Shown here one piece after another: positions 1-8,903 of a stretch of DNA of 64,000 nucleotides. The notes beneath the pieces are model-generated. The model searched no databases, had not been told where the DNA came from, and saw only the letters and a list, made by a program, of their open reading frames with translations. Every line of letters begins with the position of its first letter. Within the stretch, counting starts at the first letter, position 1. This stretch comes from a virus, in UHGV virus genome UHGV-1353844; one strand, 5' to 3'. Made by a program: the position numbers and the translations under genes.

Positions 1-558
1 GTCGATTTTCGCACTGTAGAACGTTGCATCTTTCATAAAGCTCGCCATTTCTCGTTGTGCTGCCCGAGACTTGCTTTTAATCCTGGCGTGTGCACCACTT
101 TCACCCCAGTGATAAGCCAATGCAATTTCTGCAATAGTGGGCTTGCGTTTGAGTCGTTTAGTCAACCCCTTTTCTAAATGTTTAACGTAGACGGAAGCCA
201 ATAGCACCGCATTACGAGGATTGTACAAATCCGCATTGCGACTAAGTCCGATTTCGGCACCGTAGAGTTTTAGCAAATTGCGCTTTGTGCTCGGTAGCAT
301 CTGAACCAGACTGTGCGCTTTAGACGTTCGATTATACGCCTTCGGATTAAACCGTGACTCTCGATAGATTAGCGTGGTCATCAAATTAGGATCGACACCC
401 TGCTTTCGAGAGATTTCCACAATCAACGGTTTTACCCGTTCGAAACGGTCTTGAATCATTTCGAATTCACGATGGTGTTTGGCATTGGGCGCGGATTTGG
501 ATGCGTATGCGTTAAACGCGAAAAGTGTTACCAGTAAAAGAAAGAAAATACGAAACAT
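1..558 (-). CDS. secreted lytic transglycosylase (SLT domain); 3' end truncated by window edge
   Basis: ATG at 558 preceded by GGAG; N-terminal signal peptide MFRIFFLLLVTLFAFNAYA; SLT-like catalytic region RESRFNPKAYNRTSKAHSLVQMLPS (E-S...NP...LxQM). ORF runs off position 1. Not in supplied ORF track because partial. Confidence 0.55.
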   Translation of the reverse strand, partial: MFRIFFLLLVTLFAFNAYASKSAPNAKHHREFEMIQDRFERVKPLIVEISRKQGVDPNLMTTLIYRESRFNPKAYNRTSKAHSLVQMLPSTKRNLLKLYGAEIGLSRNADLYNPRNAVLLASVYVKHLEKGLTKRLKRKPTIAEIALAYHWGESGAHARIKSKSRAAQREMASFMKDATFYSAKID

Positions 559-658
559 ACTAGTTCTCCAGTTGGATTTATACATTTCCGTGTTCCGTAG
601 AACGAAATCACGGCGCGGACAGCTGGAACTCCTTTGTTGTGTGCCCTAATGATAATAT

Positions 659-1183
659 CTATTTAAAAAGGTTTGGAATTAAAGGTTTTGCTTCTTGGTA
701 AAGCGTATCGGGTAAATAGAAACAGTATTGTTGTCTCCTTGGTACGAGTTTCTTTTCGATAAACAAAAAGATTTGTTGACGTTCAGCTTTTGTCAACCAA
801 CCGTTAGCCATCCCTAACGGCGGTAAAGCCACCCCACCCTCTAAGTTTTCTGCGGCATCTGCCAACGCGGTGATACCCGCGATAACATAAGAAACCTGGG
901 ATTTCAGTTTCCAATGTGTTTTTGTTGGTAAGAGAATGCAGTTTTCCTCGGGATAAACGTACACATTCCCTATTCGTATTTCGTTAGCGAAGCAACGTTC
1001 TCGGTAGTCCTGATAAAGCTCAGGATAGCGTTCTCTGCACGCTAAAGCGATACCCCGACCCATTGCCCCTACGCAATTTATCGTAACGACCTTGAAGCGC
1101 TCAGGGGCGTTAAACAGGTCGTTGTCAATAACCGATTCTGGAAGTATCGTTAGCATAACGGTCTTACCGAGTGAGGTAAGCAT
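659..1183 (-). CDS. macrodomain protein, TARG1/DarG-like ADP-ribosyl hydrolase family (putative)
   Basis: 174-aa ORF; motif TINCVGAMGRGIALACRERYPELY resembles the TARG1-type 'C-x5-MGAGIA-x2-FKK-F' signature; size typical of a stand-alone macrodomain. Start may be the second Met (MLTILPES). Confidence 0.5.
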   Translation of the reverse strand: MLTSLGKTVMLTILPESVIDNDLFNAPERFKVVTINCVGAMGRGIALACRERYPELYQDYRERCFANEIRIGNVYVYPEENCILLPTKTHWKLKSQVSYVIAGITALADAAENLEGGVALPPLGMANGWLTKAERQQIFLFIEKKLVPRRQQYCFYLPDTLYQEAKPLIPNLFK

Positions 1184-1256
1184 AATTGATGCACAGGGAT
1201 AAACCGCGTTCCGCCAATCGCTAACTCAACCAAAATCGCTATATACGTTTTAGACA

Positions 1257-1631
1257 TTAACGATTCCTTTTCACCCATTGACTGATAACGGACTCTAGCC
1301 CTTCATGCTCGAGACCGAGGCGTTTCATGGCAAGGTGCAATTCCAGCGTGTGCGTAATCTGTTCTCGGGTTTGGGCGTCGTTCATCTTCTCCCAGACCTT
1401 CTCCAGATTAATGTTAAATCTTGACAGCATATACGCTTCACGACACGCACCACGACGCCACAAACTCGGTTTAACGAACGGTAATTCGATTTCTGGAATC
1501 AGCCACAGTAGTTTATTAACCCGCGTAAGTTCACTGCCACCGATTTCGTGACACTGATAACAGATTTGTAAGATGTCGCTGTTATCCAGTGGTTCACTAA
1601 ATAGGTACGGGGTTTGGGTTCCTGGTAACAT
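1257..1631 (-). CDS. hypothetical protein
   Basis: 124-aa ORF in co-directional gene string; no recognisable motif. Confidence 0.4.
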   Translation of the reverse strand: MLPGTQTPYLFSEPLDNSDILQICYQCHEIGGSELTRVNKLLWLIPEIELPFVKPSLWRRGACREAYMLSRFNINLEKVWEKMNDAQTREQITHTLELHLAMKRLGLEHEGLESVISQWVKRNR

Positions 1632-1833
1632 CTGGATTCTCCTTAGGCTCGAAAGGTGATTCAGGTGGCAGCGTTCCTAACGCGCCTTGAATACAGGCCG
1701 TCAGTTCAGGTTTACCAAAACACACCTGACCGATCTTGCCCACGTTGGGATGCTGGAGAAATGCTTTTGCGCGTTCGTATTCTTTCCAGCAAATGCTTGT
1801 ATCCATTCCACCTACACCGAAACTGTTTAACAT
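1597..1833 (-). CDS. hypothetical small protein
   Basis: 78-aa ORF, short overlap with downstream gene; no motif. Confidence 0.3.
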   Translation of the reverse strand: MLNSFGVGGMDTSICWKEYERAKAFLQHPNVGKIGQVCFGKPELTACIQGALGTLPPESPFEPKENPDVTRNPNPVPI

Positions 1834-1899
1834 AAGTAGCTCTCCTGACGTAAAAATCTCACACTCATAGTGAGGAACGTCAAGAGAGCCTTTATTGTT

Positions 1900-2343
1900 T
1901 TAGAAAGTTTTGCTGAAATCCACCCATTCTTTATCGTGAGAATAGGTTGCTTTGTAGCCACGACGAATGAAATACTCTTTCGCTTCTTTGCACTTCGTGT
2001 ACATCCCAATGGCAATTTCACCGAATGCTTCATCAGCGGCTATCGCTTTGAAGATTTCTTTCATTACCCCGCGCTGACGGTAATCAGGCAGCACGTATAA
2101 CGAACGAATTTTGAGTACCCCGTTGCGATTACGGTAACTGCAATAACCTACCGCAACATCGTCGATATAAATCAGAACAACACAGTTGCCTTCGATCAGT
2201 TGACGCACGTTTAATTTCGGTACAGCGGTTTTGATTTTCAGCATCGTTGCTTGGTGATCTAAGTAACGGTAATGGAGTGCGAGTAAATCTTTCGCTTGTT
2301 CTTCACCGATTTTAGAAAGTGCGTTCAACAAATAAATTTCCAT
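1900..2343 (-). CDS. GNAT-family N-acetyltransferase
   Basis: 147 aa; acetyl-CoA binding-like segment LYVLPDYRQRGVMKEIF (R/Q-x-x-G-x-A/G) and size consistent with GNAT fold. Confidence 0.55.
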   Translation of the reverse strand: MEIYLLNALSKIGEEQAKDLLALHYRYLDHQATMLKIKTAVPKLNVRQLIEGNCVVLIYIDDVAVGYCSYRNRNGVLKIRSLYVLPDYRQRGVMKEIFKAIAADEAFGEIAIGMYTKCKEAKEYFIRRGYKATYSHDKEWVDFSKTF

Positions 2344-2375
2344 TTATCAGACCTTACAGACGCAAAAAGATGAAA

Positions 2376-2504
2376 TTAAAACCAACGTCCAATGATAAAA
2401 GCGGCTGCGGCGAGAAGCAGTACGGTAATAAAACCCGCACCCCATGTTAGTTCCGCGTTATATAAAGCGCCGATTGCAGCATTGGTAGTATTGACAACAG
2501 TCAT
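2376..2504 (-). CDS. small hydrophobic membrane protein (42 aa)
   Basis: Hand-called; GAGGG SD upstream of ATG at 2504; product MTVVNTTNAAIGALYNAELTWGAGFITVLLLAAAAFIIGRWF is largely one TM helix. Below ORF-track length cutoff. Confidence 0.3.
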   Translation of the reverse strand: MTVVNTTNAAIGALYNAELTWGAGFITVLLLAAAAFIIGRWF

Positions 2505-2661
2505 GGTTTTCCCTCGTAAAACGCCCTCCCAGTTACCCAGGAGGGGGTTCTAACTTAACTGTGCGTAGAGCCTTTGAAAGCCCATCCGTACTTATTAATC
2601 AGCCAGTTGAGAGATTTCCCAATAACCCACAACGACCCAAGTGTTAACAGAATACCCTCAA

Positions 2662-2862
2662 TCATGACTTCCCTCCAACACACCGCCACTCACATTCGCG
2701 TTGGTGCCAAATTGAACCCCAGGCGAGTCTAATCGCGTACGCTAAGACCACCCATAAAATCGCCGTTATACAAAATAGCACGTACAGAATGGCAACCAGC
2801 ACCATGACGCTAAACCCTAAAACGCTTAGTAACTGACGCCACCAATCAGTTTGCGTAGACAA
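2662..2862 (-). CDS. small membrane protein
   Basis: 66 aa with long hydrophobic stretches; overlaps end of upstream ATPase gene by 17 nt; stop overlaps ATG of a further 36-aa hydrophobic ORF (2555..2665) in ATGA arrangement. Confidence 0.35.
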   Translation of the reverse strand: MSTQTDWWRQLLSVLGFSVMVLVAILYVLFCITAILWVVLAYAIRLAWGSIWHQRECEWRCVGGKS

Positions 2863-5350
2863 TTTTTACTCCTTCGTTGTAAACCGCAGGCAGTGTTACG
2901 CCTTCAGGTTCAATAACACAGTATGCGGCTTCGTTAAGTTTTGAATGAATTTCTGCTTCGTGAGATACCACCAGTAACTGAGAGAACTCACCGGAATTCG
3001 CCAGGGTTTTAATAAACCCGACAAGATTATTTCGGTGTTCCTCATCCATCCCTTCTGACGGTTCATCCAACAGTAGCGGATACTGATGAAGTTTCAGGGC
3101 TTTGTAAGCGGTTAAACGAAACATCAAATTAAAGATGGCCCGCTGCGCTTTCGACCCTTTCCGCACGTCAGGTACCGGTTCAGGATGAGTTTTCAACTGC
3201 ACTGGGAACGTGTAGTCTAAGTCACCGTCGGTTAAGTCACACGGCATGACCCGCATAGGGTAGGTCCAGACTTGTTCGATATATCGCGTCATTAATTCTG
3301 TGATTCTCACGATAGCGTTGTAGAAGTATTTGCGTAATACCCCTTTCTCGGGCGAGAACGCTTGAATCATCAGCTTGTTATTAAATTGCTGCGCTTGTAA
3401 ATCCGATAACTCCTTTTCTAACGCAGTAAGTTGGTTGAGTTCGTTTTCCATCTGACGGTACCTTTCCCGTGCTGTGGTGAACGCATCCAACTTGTTTTCT
3501 CGGGCGTTTAATAACGTTTCGACCACCGTGTTGGTTAATGTTACCTTAACGTCGTTCTCTAAACGCTCAAAAACCGCATTAAAATTGTCTACAGTGACTT
3601 TAAGTTCGTTTAGATAACAAAAGGTATCATTAGCAACTGCGTGCTCTCTACGGCGCTCTGAGAGCGTTTCTGTTGCCTTACCCAAACGTTCCTGCTGGAA
3701 GGCAATTTTCTGCTGTAGTGCACCGTCAACGTTACCTACCGCTGCAACCGCATTTTCCCACTCTTTTTCCGCTTTAGCAAAACGCTGTTTCGTTTCGTGG
3801 TACTCAATTGCGGAATAAAGTTCACGATCGAACTCTGCGCACAGACTGCCAAACTGACTGCGGTTATCCGTAAAGACATTCCGCTCCTGGAGACGTTTAA
3901 AGAACAAACTCAATACCGGGTCTTTCGAGTATGTTAAAACGATTTCCCGTACTTGACGCATGTAATTAACGTCCGACTCTAATTCCGTACGGTCTCGCAA
4001 TACGGAATCAAGTTGAGTCTGTAACGTATTACGTTGCTCCATTTGTCCACGAATGGCTTCTTCCAATTCAGGCAAAGAACGACGGACACCCGGACGGAAT
4101 TTAAATTGACACTGCGGACAATCAACCTCGGCGGTTTCCAAATAGTGATTCCGTTCGTGGTTGAGATTCTGCAATACATTTTCAACACGCTGTAACCTGT
4201 CACGCAACCCAGATGAGTTTTGGTCTAAGGTCAACAGTTTCTCTTCCAGTACGTTCAACCGCTCCGTTGACTTAATAGCATCCAGTGTTGTTCCTAAACG
4301 TTGTCCCCAGACACGCGCATCGGTTGCTGCTTTAAGCTGGTCGATGTTAACGGTCTCTGCAAACAGTTCAGGGAAAAGGTGCTCAGTGTCCCACTGCTTT
4401 ATTAACTCGCGTAGTTTCGCAACCGTGTTTTTTAACCCCTCGTGATTCCGCATCAGGTAATCTTGGCGAGTGGACTCGTCCATCAACAAAGACAAATCTT
4501 TGTTTAGCATGGATAGTTCTGTTTCAGCAGAGACCACCGCTTCACGGGCAGTGGCTTCAATCCGTCGTGCTTCCTCTACTTGTTCTTCCGTAGGTAATCC
4601 GCCACGGTGTTCCAAGATAGCATTAATCGGTGCTTCGATTTTAAGCAATAGCGATTGAATCGTTGCCACCGTAACGTCACGATTCAGACCAGGCAGTTGT
4701 TCAATCTGTTTGTTGAGTTCACGTAAATCCGCTTCTAACGCTTTTAACCGCGTTGCTAATTGCTGACGTTCCTCTTCGTTATCAATTACGCGGGTACGCA
4801 ACTCTGCAATCTTGCGGCTGGTGATTTCAATACCACCGTTTAGCATCGTCAGGTTTTTTCGTAAACGTTGATAAAAACCTAACGCGTAAGTTAAGTCTGA
4901 CGTACTTAAACGGTAGAACCACTTACGGCGCAGTTCCGTTCCTGCATCCGTTAAAAGCACTTCCCCGTTCAGTAACTCTTTAATCTCTTTTGTAATGCCC
5001 GTGATTTCTTCTACGCGAGAGTTATACACTTTCGCATTACCTTGCTCGACGATTTTGGTACCCGTCGTCAGGTTCTCGATATCGCAAACCAATGAGTTGC
5101 CTTTACGTGCAACCTTAAATTTGTAACGATGGTCGTTAACCAAACAGATATTGGTGTAAGAACCCCCGTCACGGAATTCGGATTTCGAAGGTGCGATAGG
5201 TAGAAACACGGACAGTAAGCTGGTCTTACCGCAGCCGTTACCACCGAGGATAATGGTGGTTGGGGAATGGATAGTAAAATCGAAGGTTTCGATTTCGTGT
5301 AACCCCATTCCGGTAAATCCTTTAAGTACAATACGTTCAACTTTTAACAT
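2846..5350 (-). CDS. SMC/Rad50(SbcC)-like ABC ATPase with central coiled coil
   Basis: Walker A GGNGCGKTS near N-terminus; long heptad-rich middle with CPQC (zinc-hook-like); C-terminal signature-like GSKAQRAIF, Walker B LLLDEP and H-loop SHE. Start moved to ATG at 5350 (GGAGG SD 5 nt upstream) rather than GTG at 5368. Confidence 0.6.
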   Translation of the reverse strand: MLKVERIVLKGFTGMGLHEIETFDFTIHSPTTIILGGNGCGKTSLLSVFLPIAPSKSEFRDGGSYTNICLVNDHRYKFKVARKGNSLVCDIENLTTGTKIVEQGNAKVYNSRVEEITGITKEIKELLNGEVLLTDAGTELRRKWFYRLSTSDLTYALGFYQRLRKNLTMLNGGIEITSRKIAELRTRVIDNEEERQQLATRLKALEADLRELNKQIEQLPGLNRDVTVATIQSLLLKIEAPINAILEHRGGLPTEEQVEEARRIEATAREAVVSAETELSMLNKDLSLLMDESTRQDYLMRNHEGLKNTVAKLRELIKQWDTEHLFPELFAETVNIDQLKAATDARVWGQRLGTTLDAIKSTERLNVLEEKLLTLDQNSSGLRDRLQRVENVLQNLNHERNHYLETAEVDCPQCQFKFRPGVRRSLPELEEAIRGQMEQRNTLQTQLDSVLRDRTELESDVNYMRQVREIVLTYSKDPVLSLFFKRLQERNVFTDNRSQFGSLCAEFDRELYSAIEYHETKQRFAKAEKEWENAVAAVGNVDGALQQKIAFQQERLGKATETLSERRREHAVANDTFCYLNELKVTVDNFNAVFERLENDVKVTLTNTVVETLLNARENKLDAFTTARERYRQMENELNQLTALEKELSDLQAQQFNNKLMIQAFSPEKGVLRKYFYNAIVRITELMTRYIEQVWTYPMRVMPCDLTDGDLDYTFPVQLKTHPEPVPDVRKGSKAQRAIFNLMFRLTAYKALKLHQYPLLLDEPSEGMDEEHRNNLVGFIKTLANSGEFSQLLVVSHEAEIHSKLNEAAYCVIEPEGVTLPAVYNEGVKIVYAN

Positions 5351-5380
5351 GTCCACCTCCATATTCACGGAGCGTGGTGT

Positions 5381-5428
5381 AAAAAGAAAAAAAATAAAAG
5401 AGAAGGGAGAGAACCCGAAGGTTCTCTC
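5381..5428 (-). terminator. rho-independent terminator (minus strand) upstream of ATPase gene
   Basis: Stem GAGAGAACC / GGTTCTCTC with 4-nt loop, followed on minus strand by long T-rich run. Confidence 0.5.
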
Positions 5429-5434
5429 GCGGTA

Positions 5435-6043
5435 TTACGGCTGGTAGAGTTTGTAACCCATCTCCTGCCAGTTTTGGATATTTTTCGATTGCTCAACCCA
5501 AGCCTGGCCTGCATCTGACGCAACAACTTCCATCGTCAGTAAACAAATCAGATTGGTAACGGGAACACATTTCCCTGGTGTAACGTCATCCAAATACACC
5601 GGATACAGATATGGCGATTTGATGCTTTGGTACGGATAGGAATAATGTGTTCCTGCAACCCAACCTTCTTCCACTGGGCAGAGGTTAAAGGTACGCGTTT
5701 CTGGGATTTCCCCTTCAGAGATCCAATTTACAACGTCGGCCTTAATACGCCCGTTGTCGATGTAGTAGAACACAACACGTTGTGGGATACCTGCACCCCC
5801 GGTAGGGTCTATTGCTTCCAGCGCTTTAAACGGTGTGGTGTTCAACGTAGTACGGTTATCTAACGCGTACATTAGCTTTTCGTAAGCGGTTGGTGTTTTA
5901 CGTTCAAAATATGCTTTCAAACGCGGGTACGCTAAGAACCCTTCTACTTCTTCTTCCATCAAATCAATAAATAACGGAGAGTGTGGATTAGCTTCGTTTT
6001 GACGCATCGCTTCAATAAAACGAACCAAAGTAATTTCGTTCAT
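5435..6043 (-). CDS. hypothetical protein
   Basis: 202-aa ORF upstream of the ATPase, separated from it by a terminator-like hairpin; no metallophosphatase (Mre11/SbcD) motifs seen. Confidence 0.45.
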   Translation of the reverse strand: MNEITLVRFIEAMRQNEANPHSPLFIDLMEEEVEGFLAYPRLKAYFERKTPTAYEKLMYALDNRTTLNTTPFKALEAIDPTGGAGIPQRVVFYYIDNGRIKADVVNWISEGEIPETRTFNLCPVEEGWVAGTHYSYPYQSIKSPYLYPVYLDDVTPGKCVPVTNLICLLTMEVVASDAGQAWVEQSKNIQNWQEMGYKLYQP

Positions 6044-6060
6044 GTTTCAGTTTCCTTGGG

Positions 6061-6089
6061 CAAAAAAGAAGCCCCGTACACAGCGGGGC
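6061..6089 (-). terminator. rho-independent terminator (minus strand)
   Basis: GCCCCG-TACACAG-CGGGGC hairpin followed on minus strand by TTCTTTTTTG. Confidence 0.5.
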
Positions 6090-6097
6090 CGGGCTAA

Positions 6098-6574
6098 TCA
6101 CAGCCCTAAGTGCGTGAGTGATAAGATAGGCTGTGAGACACCCTGGATAGTAGCGTGGGAACGATACATTTCAGCGTTGGTTGAGAATACCTCGTTAGCG
6201 ATAATGCATTCACCCGTCTCTAAAGATAGGAGATAAATGTAATCGCTCCATACGCTTTGTACCAAGACCCACTCTAAGGATGGACCACAGTCTGATGTTG
6301 CTTGCAAATAGTGGAAATAAGGACGTATCGCATCCACCGCCGCATTAAAGCGACGATGATAAATTCGAGTTAAGTCAAACGACCAAATTGTTTCCAGATC
6401 AATAGGGCGTAAAGTACGCACGGTTTTGATAATAGTTTCCTGGTCGTTGTGTCGTGCTGCATCAGCAATCAATAACAGTTTCCAAGCCACCGTTAAGTTG
6501 TGGCGAATATACTCAGGCTTAGCCGTCAGTTCGTGATGGAATTGGGCCGCTTGATAAACATTAGATAAACGCAT
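6098..6574 (-). CDS. hypothetical protein
   Basis: 158-aa ORF flanked by hairpin terminators. Confidence 0.45.
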   Translation of the reverse strand: MRLSNVYQAAQFHHELTAKPEYIRHNLTVAWKLLLIADAARHNDQETIIKTVRTLRPIDLETIWSFDLTRIYHRRFNAAVDAIRPYFHYLQATSDCGPSLEWVLVQSVWSDYIYLLSLETGECIIANEVFSTNAEMYRSHATIQGVSQPILSLTHLGL

Positions 6575-6602
6575 TTTTAATTCTCCTTTAGGTAAAACAG
6601 GT

Positions 6603-6642
6603 CGTAAAAAGGACCCCGGACGAATCGGAACGAACCGGGGTC
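6603..6642 (-). terminator. terminator-like hairpin (minus strand)
   Basis: GACCCCGG…CCGGGGTC stem (15-nt loop) followed by CTTTTTAC. Confidence 0.4.
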
Positions 6643-6653
6643 AAGACTACACA

Positions 6654-7043
6654 TCAGTAATCTAATTCGATAGCGCCTAGCATCTCACCGCGTTCTTCGA
6701 TGACGATAAGATGACGGTCACGTGATTTGCTTTTCGCAAGCGTTAGTACAACTGTGGGGTCACACGTTTTGGTCGTTACAGGAAGCACCTCTTTTGCTAC
6801 AGCGTCAAGTACGAAATAATAACCCGCAGGGCAGGTTGTTCCGCCGTCTGCTTTTACGAGTATATAGCGTCCATCTGCGCCAACTTCTTGGCACTCGCCT
6901 GCATCGCCTTCGCAGACTTCAAAACCCGGTGGGTTGTAGTGATAGTCTGTGTTCGTTGCCGGGGTAAGTAATAAATCGTCGATGTGTGTAGAAGCCATAA
7001 CTCCGATTGAGAAAAACGCCAACAAAGCGCAGATAAGACGCAT
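6654..7043 (-). CDS. secreted small protein (signal peptide, Cys-containing)
   Basis: N-terminal signal peptide MRLICALLAFFSIGVMA; 6 Cys in mature part; member of 5-gene array of exported proteins. Confidence 0.5.
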   Translation of the reverse strand: MRLICALLAFFSIGVMASTHIDDLLLTPATNTDYHYNPPGFEVCEGDAGECQEVGADGRYILVKADGGTTCPAGYYFVLDAVAKEVLPVTTKTCDPTVVLTLAKSKSRDRHLIVIEERGEMLGAIELDY

Positions 7044-7053
7044 GGTTTACTCC

Positions 7054-7464
7054 TTAGATTTTAAGTTTGTCCTGAGCGACAACGATGGGTGCTCCAGAGG
7101 TGTCGATAACACCTACAGTCGGCACACCATTTTTGATTTTGAAGAACGGTTTGTTTTCGCCTGAACACAGTTGGTTGTCTTTGTATTCAATTTTCTGTGC
7201 TTTCCAAGTTTCCAGATTGAGCACCGACATAGGGCTGTCGTAGCACCAGGCACCGCCTTGCTCAACAACGAAAACATACCTGTTACCTTTGTATTCAAAC
7301 AAATTCTTTGTCTGGCAATACAGACCGTCAATTTCTGTGCAGTAGAATTCGTCGGTACTGTTGACGTATTTGATACCCGCCGGTAGTTTTACTGTTTTTG
7401 CTGCTACGTTAAGAGAGAACAGAACAGTTACAGCAACGAGTAAAGTTTTGATAAACGTTTTCAT
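7054..7464 (-). CDS. secreted small protein (signal peptide)
   Basis: Signal peptide MKTFIKTLLVAVTVLFSLNVAA; several Cys (FYCTEIDGLYC, WCYDSP). Confidence 0.5.
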   Translation of the reverse strand: MKTFIKTLLVAVTVLFSLNVAAKTVKLPAGIKYVNSTDEFYCTEIDGLYCQTKNLFEYKGNRYVFVVEQGGAWCYDSPMSVLNLETWKAQKIEYKDNQLCSGENKPFFKIKNGVPTVGVIDTSGAPIVVAQDKLKI

Positions 7465-7479
7465 GACAGACTCCTTAAA

Positions 7480-7962
7480 TTAGTTAACCGCAGCTACGTA
7501 TTTCTTAACCAGATAGGCGAATTCATTAACGCCGATATCGCCAAACCAAACCAGATAACCTGGGTCGACGTTGTAATAGTAACCTACTACGACATGGGTC
7601 TGAGGGTTATAAAGCGTCGTGATGTATTCCCAACCACAAGCATTGCTTTTGCAAGCGGTAGACTCAAGCCAGACTTTGCCGTTGATTTGCACGGGAATAA
7701 CATCGCCGCCAGGACCATTCATTACACCATCTTTACCGAATAATCCGTCTAGTCCGACCGGTTTCAACGCTTTATCGATTGCGGCTTTATAAGTCGCATC
7801 GTCAGTATAGAGTGTGTTGATATCAGGACACGCTCCAGGTTGTTCAGCCCAGGCTTCCGGGTTACAGCTAAGTGCTTGTTTTACGGTAGCCGCTTCTGCG
7901 TTAAAGGTAAAGCCTGTGAACAGAATAGCCACGAAGAACATCAGGGTATGTAAACGTTTCAT
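7480..7962 (-). CDS. secreted small protein (signal peptide)
   Basis: Signal peptide MKRLHTLMFFVAILFTGFTFNAEA. Confidence 0.5.
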   Translation of the reverse strand: MKRLHTLMFFVAILFTGFTFNAEAATVKQALSCNPEAWAEQPGACPDINTLYTDDATYKAAIDKALKPVGLDGLFGKDGVMNGPGGDVIPVQINGKVWLESTACKSNACGWEYITTLYNPQTHVVVGYYYNVDPGYLVWFGDIGVNEFAYLVKKYVAAVN

Positions 7963-7980
7963 TGTAAATTCTCCATTAAA

Positions 7981-8373
7981 TTATTCAGCGCTACGATTTA
8001 AAGTAATACGGCCAATCAGTTCTGCATTATGGAAGAAGTCCACAGCAGTATAGTTTCCGACCTCTAACGGATGAATACTGACCGACATGACTTTTGGTTG
8101 TTCGCAGGCGATATCCGTCAGACGTTGGTAGACTTGTGCACGGGTGTCGGCAATGAGTAATCCGGTACACGTTTCACCGCGTACTAAGCGATAAACTTGC
8201 AGTTTACCGAAACTGCGCATTAACGTAGGTGACTCGTCCGGGTTGATAATGGGTGAGTCAGGAGCCGGTTCGTAATGGCGGACGTCCGAATCGCCGAAAG
8301 CATAAGTGCCAGTAATACCGATTGCACAGAAAATAATGATGGTATAAAGTATAGTTCTGATATTCATTTTCAC
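7981..8373 (-). CDS. secreted small protein (signal peptide)
   Basis: Signal peptide MKMNIRTILYTIIIFCAIGITGTYA. Confidence 0.5.
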   Translation of the reverse strand: MKMNIRTILYTIIIFCAIGITGTYAFGDSDVRHYEPAPDSPIINPDESPTLMRSFGKLQVYRLVRGETCTGLLIADTRAQVYQRLTDIACEQPKVMSVSIHPLEVGNYTAVDFFHNAELIGRITLNRSAE

Positions 8374-8395
8374 GCACTCTAAAAAAGATTATTAG

Positions 8396-8857
8396 TTATT
8401 TGTTAGGACGGGTGTGTCCACAGTTCTGGAAGAAAGTTTCAGATAAACGATCGCCTTCTACGGTAAAGTTAGCGGCATCGTTACCATTGATACTCACACT
8501 GAAAGTTTTGGCATTACCGATAGCATTAACGAAAGCAACCCAAGCGAGTTCTGCTTTGTCACTACCGTCCACGGTAGGGATGTTATAGGTTTTGCCGTTT
8601 ACGACAATATCCATCGTGTTATCTTCAGCGTTAGTTGCACCTACGGGTTCCCCGTAATACCAAACCATCCGACCGTAAAATTTGCGATTCGCAGTTTCAG
8701 TGTCACAGTTGATAGACAGTCCGTTTCCGGCGGTGTCTTCGATTTCGTAAACTACCTGGCCAGGGTTTTGTATTTGTTCCCAGCTATTGATAGCGGCGTG
8801 TGCGCTATTGAGGCCGAAAGTTAAAATGGTTATTAAGAATGTGGTAAAGGTTTTCAT
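8396..8857 (-). CDS. secreted small protein (signal peptide)
   Basis: Start moved to ATG at 8857 (AAGGAG SD 8 nt upstream), giving signal peptide MKTFTTFLITILTFGLNSAHA; track ORF extended to 8899. Confidence 0.5.
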   Translation of the reverse strand: MKTFTTFLITILTFGLNSAHAAINSWEQIQNPGQVVYEIEDTAGNGLSINCDTETANRKFYGRMVWYYGEPVGATNAEDNTMDIVVNGKTYNIPTVDGSDKAELAWVAFVNAIGNAKTFSVSINGNDAANFTVEGDRLSETFFQNCGHTRPNK

Positions 8858-8903
8858 TGAAATGCTCCTTCGGGTTATGGGGAAGTTCCCACAAAACATG
8901 AAA

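Noticed and set aside
1827-2100. ORFs 1827..2033 (-) and 1870..2100 (+) overlapping the GNAT gene
   Set aside because: Overlap a better-supported gene with recognisable motifs; no SD.
3979-5447. Short ORFs inside or antisense to the ATPase gene (3979..4203, 4161..4445, 4470..4658, 5068..5340, 5253..5447)
   Set aside because: Embedded in the 834-aa ATPase reading frame region; low-complexity or antisense; no translation signals.
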